From positions 97,466,001-97,530,000 of the forward strand of contig NC_086108.1 of the NCBI RefSeq assembly GCF_963921235.1: a DNA stretch of 64,000 nucleotides. The letters run 5' to 3'. Made by a program: the position numbers and the translations under genes. Below, piece by piece: positions 1 through 11,697 of this stretch. The stretch is from Mobula hypostoma (taxonomy: Eukaryota). Each line of letters starts with the position of its first letter. Position 1 is the stretch's first letter. The notes under the pieces were generated by a model. The model was not told the origin of the DNA, did no database searches, and was given only the letters and a program-made list of their open reading frames with translations.

Positions 1-160
1 GGTACGTCTTTGGACCGTGGGAGGAAACTGGAGCACGTGGAGAAAAGCCTCACGGTTCATGGGGGAGAACGTGCAAACTCCTTACAGACAGCAGAGGAGT
101 TGGACTCCAAACTCTGGAGCAGCCTGAGCTGTAATAGCATCGTGCTAACTATGATGCTAC
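1..160 (-). mobile_element. tRNA-derived V-SINE (HE1-like), cut by window edge
   Basis: Reverse complement of the V-domain (tgggaggaaactggagcac...ggggagaacgtgcaaactccttacagacag); the same motif recurs many times in the window. Confidence 0.75.
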
Positions 161-217
161 TGTAGTTCCCATGGTATTATTGATTTATTGATCGATCATA
201 AAGTTATTGGTTATAAA

Positions 218-748
218 TCAGCAATCTTTAACATCTGCCGGACGATGCTGAGGATGTTCTGAGTCTGTGGTGGCCAGTGCGATCATGTTTGCTGTTGTGT
301 GCTGGGGCAGCAGGCTGAGGGTAGCAGACACCAACAGAATCAACAAACTCATTCGTAAGGCCAGTGATGTTGTGGGGATGGAACTGGACTCTCTGACGGT
401 GGTGTCTGAAAAGAGGATGCTGTCTAAGTTGCATGCCATCTTGGTCAATGTCTCCTATCCACTACATAATGTACTGGTTGGGCACAAGAGTACATTCAGC
501 CAGAGACTCATTCCACCGAGATGCAACACTGACCGTCATAGGAAGTCATTCCTGCCTGTGGCCGTCAAACTTTACAACTCCTCCCTTGGAGGGTCAGACA
601 CCCTGAGCCAATAGGCTGGTCCTGGACTTATTTCCTGGCATAATTTACATATTACTATTTAACTATTTATGGTTTTATTACTATTTATTATTTATGGTGC
701 AAAAACCAATTTTCCCCGGGATCAATAAAGTATGACTATGACTATGAC
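218..748 (+). mobile_element. Rex1/Babar-type LINE, 5'-truncated 3' fragment
   Basis: ORF 267-614 reads like a Rex1 C-terminus (..VVCWG..YPLH..RHRKSFLPVAVKLYN); ends in AATAAA plus a (TATGAC)n tail. Confidence 0.75.
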
Positions 749-1452
749 AAATCTGAAGGACGATGAAAAATGTTAAGTTGCTCAAACCACTTAATGAAGT
801 GTAAAATGCAACAATCACTTGGCATTTTAATGTCAAAAATAATCCGTTTGTCGAGATCTCATTGTGTAATAGTAACAGCAAGCAGGTTTAGAATTTACAC
901 TTTCTGCATTTCCTGATATATATATAGTTAATATCTTAACATGCTAAAGCTTTGCAAGAGATGGCGAAGGCAGCTTAGCTTGTCTGCAGGCTAGCTACGT
1001 CTGCTGGTACTCAGAGTGTACTGCATCAACTTTCTTCCCATCCACCCTCAATATTCTTGAGCTATTTAAATACATCAGTCCAGAAGCAACATTCCCATCT
1101 AGCCCGGTCCAAAGTTTGTTGTCATTTCAGATGCATTTTTATTTAGTTAGTAGATATATATATATATATATACCAACCAAATAGTTCAATCCTTGATTTC
1201 ATTTGACTGATGGTGTTTCTGCATTACCCATACTTCCAAGTAAAACCGGTAGTAAGCGAGGAGTACAGAGGAACACATTGAGAGCAGTGCAAGGGTATGC
1301 TGATGCTAACCCTATGTTGTTAATCAATGTTCCAACTAAATTTATTATCAAGTTACTTATATGTCACTAATACTATCTCGAGATTCATTTCCTTGCTGGC
1401 ATTCTCAGAAAAACAAAGAAATACAAAAGAATTAACAAAATCTACAATCAAA

Positions 1453-1668
1453 GACCATAAGCAGATTTAGGCCATTCAGCCTTCGAGTTTGCTCTGCCAT
1501 TCCATCTTGGCTGATTTATTATCCCTCTCAACCCCATTCTCCTGCCTTCTCCCTGAAACCTTTGATGCCCTGATTAATCAAGAATCTATTGATCTCTGCC
1601 TTAAATATACCCAATGACTCAGCCCACACAGCTGTCTGTGGCAATAAATTCCACAGATTCACCACCCT
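1453..1668 (-). mobile_element. CR1 LINE 3' end
   Basis: Minus-strand RVVNLWNLLPQ..IFKAEINRFL..GIKGF plus CR1-type 3' UTR. Confidence 0.8.
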
Positions 1669-1915
1669 CAAACAGTAACATCGCAGGCTACAGAACTTTT
1701 CATTGAAAGCTGCCACGTAGACGTTGTAAAAAAGCGCGAACATATTAGAAGAAATAATGATGACAAAACTGACAGAGAGCAAGACGTCATCTGAGATTAA
1801 AAAAGATATGTGATCGCTGTGGGTGGCAGCACCGGCCAAAAAAATGTCCAGCATATGGGAAAATGTGCAATGATTGCGGTAAGGTAATCATTTTTCACGC
1901 TGTTGCAGAAGTAGA

Positions 1916-2839
1916 ATGAAAATAAAACAAGTAAATGCAGTGCTTGAAAATGAACTTGAGGAGTGTTATACTGATGTGCTTTGTGAAAACAAACTAAGTA
2001 AGAATGACTCGACTATTCCATTGCAAGTGAACCAAAACAATATTCTGTTTAAACTTGATACTGGAGCACAAGTAAATATTCTTGCAGAATCTGAGTTTAA
2101 TGCATTAAAGCCAAGATCAAAGTTGCAAGTGACTTGGTATTCAGGTGCAGACATTCCAGTTGAAGGATCATGTGTGGCAAAAGTATCACAAAAAAATATT
2201 GTGCACACGCTTTCATTTGTGGTGGTGCCAAAGAACATACAGTCAATACTGGTTCTATCTGCCTGTGAGAGACTGAATTTGGTGAAAAGAGTCTTAGTCC
2301 TGGACGGTGACACAGAGTCAGAATACAGTGACAGAATGGAATGGCTAGAAGTCATAAAGAAAGCTCCCAGACCCATCCCTTTGTTACCAGCATCTGACAA
2401 AGTATTGCCATCAAAGCCAGGAGTTGCAATTTTGCCCTCTGGAAGTAATGCACATGCATCAATAGGCCATGCATTCTATCACAATCTCACCTCTGCAGGA
2501 CGACAGAGGCCAAACTTGCCGGTACAGTACAATACTGATCTGAAGCCAAAGAGTGACAAGAATCAGGATCCAATTGAAGAAGTGAAAGCACAAGTGAAAG
2601 AATTGAGAAGTTTTATTGAAATGACGAAGTCTCAGCATAAAAAAGAGATTACGCAGTTAATGAATGAATTAAATGAAGGAAAGAAGATTCGTATTTCATT
2701 ACAAATGGAAGTGGGAGGAATTAGGAAAGCTACAGTACTTGAAGTACAATCATACATGGTCCAAACAGAAGAAGGAGCAGTGTTAAGAAGAAATCGAAAA
2801 GACCTCAAGAAACAGCCAACTTCAGTTTCAGTTAACTGA
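1916..2839 (+). CDS. Chimeric 307-codon ORF: retropepsin-like protease + SH3KBP1/CIN85-like C-terminus + integrase tail (expression unknown)
   Basis: One uninterrupted frame in the ORF track joins three recognisable modules. Confidence 0.55.
   Translation: MKIKQVNAVLENELEECYTDVLCENKLSKNDSTIPLQVNQNNILFKLDTGAQVNILAESEFNALKPRSKLQVTWYSGADIPVEGSCVAKVSQKNIVHTLSFVVVPKNIQSILVLSACERLNLVKRVLVLDGDTESEYSDRMEWLEVIKKAPRPIPLLPASDKVLPSKPGVAILPSGSNAHASIGHAFYHNLTSAGRQRPNLPVQYNTDLKPKSDKNQDPIEEVKAQVKELRSFIEMTKSQHKKEITQLMNELNEGKKIRISLQMEVGGIRKATVLEVQSYMVQTEEGAVLRRNRKDLKKQPTSVSVN
2341..2731 (+). pseudogene. SH3KBP1: Captured fragment resembling the SH3KBP1 (CIN85) C-terminal Pro-rich region and coiled coil
   Basis: EEVKAQVKELRSFIEMTKSQHKKEITQLMNELNEGKKIRISLQMEVGGIRKA (2576-2731) aligns without gaps to the human CIN85 C-terminus as I recall it ([52 protein letters not shown]). 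Upstream LPSKPG and RPNLP..TDLKPK parallel LPPKPG and RANSP..TEGKPK. Confidence 0.8.
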
Positions 2840-3009
2840 TGCAGACCAGACAAAACGTGGAAATAGCAACGAAACACAAGAACTGTGTGAACCACTTAGA
2901 ACGTCCACTCGTGTCCGTAAACCCCCAGAGAGACTGACTGAGACATGTTAAATTATGCACTTGTTATGATCAATGTTGCTAATTGTTTTCCTTTTTAAGG
3001 AAAGGAAGA

Positions 3010-3199
3010 TGTGGTGATATCACGTGTCAGAACGTGATTGGACAGAGTTCGGAGCATGTGCAGAAATGAGAAAATGATTGAGAACATGGCGCTGAAAGAA
3101 ACGTGGTTTGGTTTTGTTGCTGTAAATAAAAGTTTAATTCTTCCAGAATATGTTTCATTACTAGTAACCCACGGTACGTATAAATGTAAGAACACAACA
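3010..3199 (+). repeat. 3' LTR (~190 bp) preceded by a polypurine tract
   Basis: aaggaaaggaaga (2997-3009) is directly followed by TGTGGTG; AATAAA at 3125-3130; ends ..aacacaaCA. Confidence 0.75.
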
Positions 3200-3447
3200 C
3201 TGACTTCTTCCCATAACCTTTGACACCCTTGCTAATCAAGAACCTATCAGCCTCTGCTTTAAATATATGCCATGACTTGCCCTCCACAGCCGTTACAAAG
3301 ATTTGCTTTATTTGTTACATGTACAGTACGGTGCAAAAGTCTTAGGCACATGTTAAAAAAACTCTGTCAAGTGAAGATGTTTTCAAAATAATGAAGTGAA
3401 AAGTTCTAAATATAAAAACATACTATAAAGAGCAATAAACTGAAAAA

Positions 3448-6400
3448 GCTATATCCTCGGGGGACCAATATCCTGGCAGGGAGATTAGCGAGGGCTACTG
3501 AGGTGACTTTAAACTAGAATGGTTGGGGGGTGGGAATCAAATTAAAGAGGCTAGGCGAGAGGAGGTTAGTTCACAACAGGGGGATGGGAACCAGTGCAGA
3601 GAGACAGAGGGGTGTAAAGTGAGGGTAGAAGCAAAAAGTAGTAAGGAGAAAAGTAAAAGTGGCAGGCCGACAAATCCAGGGCAAGCATCAAAAAGGGCCA
3701 CTTTTCAACATAATTGTATATGGGCTAAGAGAGTTGTAAAAGAGCGCCTGAAGGCTTTGTGTGTCAATGCAAGGAGCATTTGTAACAAGGTGGATGAATT
3801 GAAAGTGCAGATTGTTATTAATGATTATGATATAGTTGGGATCACAGAGACATGGCTCCAGGGTGACCAAGGATGGGAGCTCAACGTTCAGGGATATTCA
3901 ATATTCAGGAGGGATAGACATGAAGGAAGGGGAGGTGGGGTGGCGTTGCTGGTTAAAAATGAGATTAACGCAATAGAAAGGAAAGACATAAGCTGGGAAG
4001 ATGTAGAATCGATATGGGTAGAGCTGCATAACACTAAGAGGCAGAAAACGCTGGTGGGAGTTGTGTACAGGCTACCTAACAGTAGTAGTGAGGTCAGAGA
4101 TGGTATTAAACAGGAAATTAGAAATGCATGCAATAAAGGAACAGCAGTTATAATGGGTGACTTCAATCTACATGTAGATTGGGTGAACCAAATTGGTAAA
4201 GGTGCTGAGGAAGAGGATTTCTTGGAATGTATGCGGGATGGTTTTTTGAACCAAGATGTTGAGGAACCAACTAGAGAGCAGGCTATTCTAGACTGGGTTT
4301 TGAGCAATGAGGAAGGGTTAATTAGCAATCTTGTCGTGAGAGGCCCCTTGGGTAAGAGTGACCGTAATATGGTGGAATTCTTCATTAAGATGGAGAGTGA
4401 CATAGTTAATTCAGAAACAAAGGTTCTGAACTTAAAGAGGGGTAACTTTGAAGGTATGAGACGTGAATTAGCTAAGATAGACTGGCAAATGACACTTAAA
4501 GGATTGACGGTGGATATGCAATGGCAAGCATTTAAAGGTTGCATGGATGAACTACAAGAATTGTTCATCCCAGTTTGGCAAAAGAATAAATCAAGGAAGG
4601 TAGAGCACCCGTGGCTGACAAGAGAAATTAGGGATAGTATCAATTCCAAAGAAGGAGCATACAAATTAGCCAGAAAAAGTGGCTCACCTGAGGACTGGGA
4701 GAAATTCAGAGTTCAGCAGAGGAGGGCAAAGGGCTTAATTAGGAAGGGGAAAAAAGATCATGAGAGAAAACTGGCAGGGAACATAAAAACTGACTGTAAA
4801 AGCTTTTATAGATATGTAAAAAGGAAAAGACTGGTAAAGACAAATGTAGGTTCCCTACAGACAGAAACAGGTGAATTGATTATGGGGAGCAAGGACATGG
4901 CAGACCAATTGAATAATTATTTTGGTTCTGTCTTCACTAAGGAGGACATAAATAATCTTCCAGAAATAGTAGGGGACAGAGGGTCCAGTGAGATGGAGAA
5001 ACTGAGCGAAATACATGTTAGTAGGGAAGTGGTGTTGGGTAAATTGAAGGGATTAAAGGCAGATAAATCCCCAGGGCCAGATGGTCTGCATCCCAGGGTG
5101 CTTAAGGAAGTAGCCCAAGTAATAGTGGATGCAATAGTGATAATTTTTCAAAACTCGTTAGATTCTGGACTAGTTCCTGAGGATTGGAGGGTGGCTAATG
5201 TAACCCCACTTTTTAAAAAAGGAGGGAGAGAGAAACCGGGGAATTATAGACCGGTTAGCCTAACGTCGGTGGTGGGGAAACTGCTGGAGTCAGTTATCAA
5301 AGATGTGATAACAGCACATTTGGAAAGCGGTGAAATCATCGGACAAAGTCAGCATGGATTTGAGAAAGGAAAATCATGTCTGACGAATCTCATAGAATTT
5401 TTTGAGGATGTAACTAGTAGAGTGGATAGGGGAGAACCAGTGGATGTGGTATATTTGGATTTTCAAAAGGATTTTGACAAGGTCCCACACGGGAGATTAG
5501 TGTGCAAACTTAAAGCACACGGTATTGGGGGTAAGGTATTGATGTGGATAGAGAATTGGTTAGCAGACAGGAAGCAAAGAGTGGGAATAAACGGGATCTT
5601 TTCAGAATGGCAGGCAGTGACTAGTGGGGTACCACAAGACTCAGTGCTGGGACCCCAGTTGTTTACAATATAGATGAATGACTTGGATGAGGGAATTAAA
5701 TGCAGCATCTCCAAGTTTGCGGATGACACGAAGCTGGGCGGCACTGTTAGCAGTGAGGAGGATGCTAAGAGGATGCAGGGTGACTTGGATAGGTTGGGTG
5801 AGTGGGCAAATTCATGGCAGATGCAATTTAATGTGGATAAATGTGAAGTTATCCACTTTGGTGGCAAAAATAGGAAAACAGATTATTATCTGAATGGTGG
5901 CCAATTAGGAAAAGGGGAGGTGCAACGAGACCTGGGTGTCATTATACACCAGTCATTGAAAGTGGGCATGCAGGTACAGCAGGTGGTGAAAAAGGCAAAT
6001 GGTATGCTGGCATTTATAGCGAGAGGATTCGAGTACAGGAGCAGGGAGGTACTACTGCAGTTGTACAAGGCCTTGGTGAGACCACACCTGGAGTATTGTG
6101 TGCAGTTTTGGTCCCCTAATCTGAGGAAAGACATCCTTGCCATAGAGGGAGTACAAAGAAGGTTCACCAGATTGATTCCTAGGATGGCAGGACTTTCATA
6201 TGAAGAAAGACTGGATGAACTGGGCTTGTACTCGTTGGAATTTAGAAGATTGAGGGGGGATCTGATTGAAACGTATAAGATCCTAAAGGGATTGGACAGG
6301 CTAGATGCAGGAAGATTGTTCCCGATGTTGGGGAAGTCCAGAACGAGGGGTCACAGTTTGAGGATAAAGGGAAAGCCTTTTAGGACCGAGATTAGGAAAA

Positions 6401-6651
6401 ACTTCTTCACACAGAGAGTGGTGAATCTGTGGAATTCTCTGCCACAGGAAACAGTTGAGGCCAGTTCATTGGCTATATTTAAGAGGGAGTTAGATATGGC
6501 CCTTGTGGCTACGGGGATCAGGGGGTATGGAGGGAAGGCTGGTGCAGGGTTCTGAGTTGGATGATCTGCCATGATCATAATAAATGGCGTTGCAGGCTCG
6601 AAGGGCCGAATGGTCTACTCCTGCACCTATTTTCTATGTTTCTATGTTTCT
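3448..6651 (+). mobile_element. Young CR1 LINE: end of ORF1, all of ORF2, 3' UTR and (TTTCTATG)n tail
   Basis: APE endonuclease (NARS, GITETWL, GDFN), RT (YLDFQK, GVPQ, KFADD), CR1 C-terminus NFFTQRVVNLWN, tail to 6651. Confidence 0.95.
3523..6555 (+). pseudogene. CR1 ORF2 (endonuclease-reverse transcriptase) with one in-frame TAG at 5671-5673
   Basis: ORFs 3523-5673 and 5674-6555 share a frame; the sister copy near 46020 (-) has TAT (IYIND) at this codon. Confidence 0.9.
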
Positions 6652-8512
6652 AAATCAATATTTGGCGTGATTACCCTTTGCCTTTAAAACTGCATTAATT
6701 TTCTTAGGTACACTGTCATGTAGTTTTATAAGAAAATCAATTGGTAGGGTGTTCCATGTATCTTGGAGAACTTGCTTCCGTTCTTCTGCAGACTTTGGCT
6801 GTCTCGCTTGCTTCTGTCTCTCCAGGTAATCCAAGACAGCCTCGGTGATGTTGAGATCAGGGCTCTGTGGAGACCATACCATCTGAAACTATATTAAAAA
6901 TCTAAGGTCGCTAGGAATTTTGCACAGTGCTGTACAGACATAGTACCCTATCTATGTTATCATAATTTATAGTATTTTCTCATCAGGGAAAACCATTTGT
7001 TACAACCCTTGCCATCCTGGTCAGGATTAATGAATTGAGTCCAGCATGCAATCAGTCCCAATTCTTTCTAGTTCTGTGCCTAGATGCTGTCCCTGCCAGT
7101 TGCTTATTTGGCAACCAATCACAGGGATCTTGTTTCCATATTTTTGAGTCTAATCATTCTTATTCTAAAAGGCTAAGCAATTGAGAAACTGCACCCAGTT
7201 TGCCGATTAGCTTCGTCTGAACTGACCCATGGGGATTAAACCTGGAGCCAGAAACAGATGAATAGCAATCATACTGTAGAAAGCTGGCACATAGAATACA
7301 ATGGGGAAATGCTTAGACATCAGCCAATGTGGCCTCAGTTTCAATAAAACAAGAAACTGGATTTAGTGCGGGCCCTTTGCTGCCTATATTTTAAAAAACG
7401 ATAAATATGTTGTTTGTGTCTGCCAGCAGGCTCCAGCACAGGGCAGATTGAGGACACTCACTACTGCGGATCCATTAAGAGTTGTTCTGGGACCTTCTGT
7501 TCTTCCTGGGGCTGTTCCCTGTGCTTGCCAGTTCTGGAGAGTGAAAACTGCTCACAATTTACGTACATTGGCCCTTGACATCTGAAGCTTTTTGGTATTA
7601 CGAGCAGGTCAGGGTTAGTGGCTGTGTAAGGTTTTGCGTGTTATTCATGGCATACTCTGCCTTTCTCAACCCATAAATTTCTGTGCATTAAGCAAAGCAG
7701 AAAACCTTTGTTTTTAACCCCACAAATAAATATTTTGCTTCACCTATAGCCTGGCCAAAAATTGGCAGGTATGAGCCATTGCTACTTATTTTCTTCGCCT
7801 TCACTGCCAACTTTTTAGTTGAGAATTTGTGATGCTAATTGGAACCTGGCTGATCCCATTCCATCAGAAAACCCCCCACATCTCATCAGCGGAGGGTCCG
7901 GTGGCAGAAGAAGTCCCCACCTGTTACGTTTAAAGGTTAATTTGCAGATTTGTCCCCTAAAATTATTTTTTCCCTATCAGAAGCTCTTGTGCCAATTATT
8001 GCAATCAATGCACCATTTGTATGGATTGCAAGTGTGGTCTTCACTGTTCAGTGCGGCAGTTCACACCTCAAGGGCATTTAAGACCATAAGACATAGGAGC
8101 AGAATTAGACCATTCGGCCCACAGAGTCTGCTACACCATTCTATCATGGATGATTTATTATCCCTCTCAACTCCATTCTCTCGTCTCCTCCCTGTAACCT
8201 TTGACACCCTTACTAATCGATTGTTGATTTTGATGTTTTTGAAGTCGAGAAAGTGGCAAAACTTGTTGCTTCACAATCATTTTATTAAGTGGTGTTAGAA
8301 CAAAGAGAATTGGAAACGGTGAGCTGCAAAAGTCGACTAGCTGAGAACAAAGAGCAGAAAATGACTGGAGCTGGTAGGATGATGCATTTTGCCTTCTCAT
8401 GCCTCATAGATAGGAAACATTCCATTCAAATTCATAAATAGTAGCTAACCAATTAGATGGCCCTTATTCAAATAATGTGATACCAGCAGAAGCTTCCAGA
8501 GTCATACAAAGA

Positions 8513-8722
8513 ACTGTAACCACTAGGGGACACACTGAACAACTGCATATACATACTGTGACCACTAGGGGACACACTGAACAACTGCATATACATACTG
8601 TGACCACTAGGGGACATACTGAACAACTGCATATACATACTGTGACCACTAGGGGACACACTGAACAACTGCATATACATACTGTAACCACTAGGAAACA
8701 TACTAAACAGTTACATGTATAC
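8513..8722. repeat. 42-bp minisatellite, 5 copies
   Basis: Unit actgtgaccactaggggacacactgaacaactgcatatacat; last copy degenerate. Confidence 0.95.
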
Positions 8723-8904
8723 AAGTAGTCAACAAAATACTAGCAGGCATTAAAATTAAGCTGCAAAGAAAATAACAATTATATGGTATAATCTAACATA
8801 AGATAATACCATAAGATGTAGGAGCAGAATAAATATAAGACCATAAATATAATGCCATAAGACCATAAGACACCCATCAAGTCTGCTCTGCCATTCCATT
8901 ATTT

Positions 8905-9925
8905 GTCACTGACTTCACCAAGGCCTTTGTAGATGACTATGTGCCTTTAAGAACATACCGTACATACCCAAACCAAAAGCCATGGATGAATCAGGAGATT
9001 CATAATCTGTTGAGGGCTCGATCTGTTCGAGACTGGTGATCATTCAAGACTGGTGATCCAGAACTATGTAAGAAATCCAGGAAAGACACAGGGAAGGCTA
9101 TTTTAAGAACCAAAAAAACCCCAATTTTGGTTGAAGAAATGGATGGAATCGCATCTCTGGCAGTGTTTGTAGGGCATTACTTCTTACAGGGCAAAAGCTA
9201 ACATCCCGAATGGCCGTGACGCTTCGCTCCCAGATGAGCTCAATCCGTTTTATGCACACTTCGAAAGGGAGAACACAATCACCCTTGTGCGAATCCTTGC
9301 AGCGTCTGGTGATCCTGTGTTCTCCTGCTCAGAGGCTTATGTCAAAACATATTTCAAGAGGGTGAACCCTTGAAAGGTGTCTGGCTTTTATTCTGTACCA
9401 GGGCAGGGCACTGAAAACTTATGCCAACCAGCGGGCAGGAGTGTTCAAGGAGATCTTCAAACTCGCTTTGCTGCTGTCAGAGCTCCCCACGAGCTTCAAA
9501 AGGCTGTCAATCATACCAGTTCCCAAGAAGAGCAGGGTGAGCTGCCTCAATGAATATCACCCAGTTGTACTCACATCCACTGTGATGAAGTGCTTTGGGA
9601 GGTTGGTCATGACCAGAATCAGTTCCTGCCTAAGAATGGACTTGGACCTTCTGAAATAGGACTATAGCGGACGCAATTTCACTGATTTTCTACTCGGCCT
9701 TGGATCATTGGACAATAGCAATGCCTACACCAGGCTGCTGTTCTGTTTATTGATTACAGTGCAGTATTCAACACAATCACACCCTAATCAACAAGCTCCA
9801 GATCCTTGGCTTTTGCAACTAGGTCGTTGACTTCCTCACTGGGAGATCCCAGTCAGTGCAGATAGAAAATTACATCTCCTCCTCACTGACAATCAACACT
9901 GGCGCACCTCAAGGATGTATGCTTA
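8905..9925 (+). mobile_element. Degraded Rex1/Babar LINE internal fragment
   Basis: PNQKPWMN, IIPVPKKSRVSCLNEYHPVVLTS and TGAPQGC motifs with stops and frameshifts. Confidence 0.8.
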
Positions 9926-11697
9926 GTCTCTGTCTAAATGTGTAATGTGCAATTTATAGTAATTTGTAATAAATAGTATGTACAACAGGATAGTCAATAT
10001 AACATAGAAATACAATTTATCAGTGTGAATTAATCAGTCTGATGGCCTGGTGGAAGAAACTGTCCGGGAGCCTGTTGGCCCTGGCTTTTGTGCTGTGGTA
10101 CAGTTTCCTGGTTGGTAGCAGCTGGAACAGTTTGAGGTTGGGGTAGCCCGGATCCCCAATGATCCTTTGGGTCCTTTTTACACACCTGTCTTTGAAGAAG
10201 TAACAAGCAGGATAAACAAAGAAGAATAGGTGGATGTTGTGTACATGGATTTTCAGAAGGCCTTTAACAAGGTGCCACACAGGAGGCTGCTTAACAAGTT
10301 AAGAGCCGAGGGTATTACAGGAAATATACTAGCATGGATAGAGCATTGGCTGATTGGCAGGAGGTGAAGAGCGGAAATAAAGGTAGGTGGAGGGGCAGGC
10401 AGTCTGCCGCAACGATCCCACAGATTCACCATTCTCTGGCTAAAGAAATTCTTCATCATCTCTGTACTAAAAGGATATCCCTCTAATCTTAGGTTATGTC
10501 CTACAATCTTAGACTCGCCCATCATAGGAAACACCCTCTCCATACCCACTCTACCAAGGTCTTTCAACATTTACCCCTCAATCTTCTGAATTCCAGCGAG
10601 GAGAGGCCCAGAGTCATCAAATGCTCCTCACATGAAAAGACTTTCAACCCCTGAATAATTTTCTTGAACATCCTTTGAACCCTCTCTGGTATCAATACAC
10701 CCTTTCTTAGATAATAGACCCAAAACTGCCCACAATACTCCAAGTGAGGCCTCACCAGTGCTTTATAAAGCCTCAACATTACATCCTTGCTTTTATATTC
10801 TAGTCCTTTTGAAATTAGTGCTAACATCACATTTGTCTTCCCCACCACAGACTCAACCTGCAAACTAACTTCTAAGGAATCCTGCACAGGACTCCCATGT
10901 CCCTTTGTGCCTCAGATTTTTGTATTTTGTCTTCATTAAGAAAATAATCTACACTTTTATTTCTTCTATCAAAGTGAATGACCATACACTTCCCAACACT
11001 GTATTCCATCTACCACTTTGCTCACTCTCCTAAACTGTCTAAGTCCTTCTGTAGCCTCCTTATTTCTTCAAAAACTACCTGCCCCTCCACCTATCTTTGT
11101 ATCATATCATCCACAAATTTGGCCACAAAGCCATCAATTCTGTCATCCAAATCATTGACATATAACTTAAAAAGAAGTGGTTCCAACACGGGCTGCTGTG
11201 CAACACTAATAGTCACCGGCAGCCAACCAGAAAATGTTCCCTTTATTCCCGCTCTTCACCTCCTGCCAATCAGCCCGTGCTCTATCCATGCTAGTATATT
11301 TCCTGTAATACCACGGGCTCTTAACTTGTTAAGCAGCCTCCTGTGTGGCACCTTGTTAATGGCCTTCTGAAAATCCAAGTACACAACATCCACCAATTCT
11401 TCTTTGTTTATCCTGCTTGTTATTTCTTCAAAGACAGGTGTGTAAAAAGGGCCTGAAGGATCATTGGGGACCCGGGTTACCCCAACCCCAAACTGTTTCA
11501 GCTGCTACCATCCGGGAAACAGTACCGCAGCATAAAAGCCAGGACCAACAGGCTCCGGGACAGTTTCTTCCACCAGGCCATCAGACTGATTAATTCACAC
11601 TGATAAATCGTATTTCTATGTTATATTGACTATCCTGTTGTACACACAATTTATTACAAATTACTATAAATAGCACATTACACATTTAGACAGAGAC
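9926..11697. repeat. Inverted duplication with arms 9926-10383 and 11240-11697
   Basis: The arms are reverse complements over ~458 bp, including the same CR1/Rex1 junction. Confidence 0.9.

Larger units (their letters stand above)
1670..3199 (+). mobile_element. Gypsy-type LTR retrotransposon derivative: 5' end missing, RT/RNase H/integrase core replaced by a host-like sequence
   Basis: Gag zinc knuckles CDRCGWQHRPKKCPAYGKMCNDCGK/NHFSRCC (1809-1906, 1-nt frameshift near 1885); protease LDTGA (DTGA at 2057-2068); integrase-tail-like SYMVQTEEGAVLRRNRKDL; PPT 2997-3009; TG..CA LTR 3010-3199. Confidence 0.85.
3324..6932 (-). mobile_element. Non-autonomous Tc1/mariner transposon (~400 bp) split by a CR1 insertion
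   Basis: TA-flanked imperfect TIRs at 3324-3349 and 6907-6932; transposase C-terminus WSPQSPDLNITE..KAKGNHAKY at 6655-6882 (-). Confidence 0.85.

Noticed and set aside
2341..2731. Genuine exon of a resident SH3KBP1 gene
   Set aside because: Embedded in frame in Gypsy sequence, lacks the terminal codons, stop and splice boundaries, and no other SH3KBP1 exons are visible in the window.
1453..3293. One CR1 split by the Gypsy insertion
   Set aside because: The CR1 pieces at 1453-1668 and 3200-3293 cover the same part of the consensus rather than continuing each other; no 5' LTR or TSD was found.
3888..4664. 258-aa antisense ORF, and similar antisense ORFs over LINEs
   Set aside because: Shadow frames of CR1/Rex1 coding sequence with no independent motifs.
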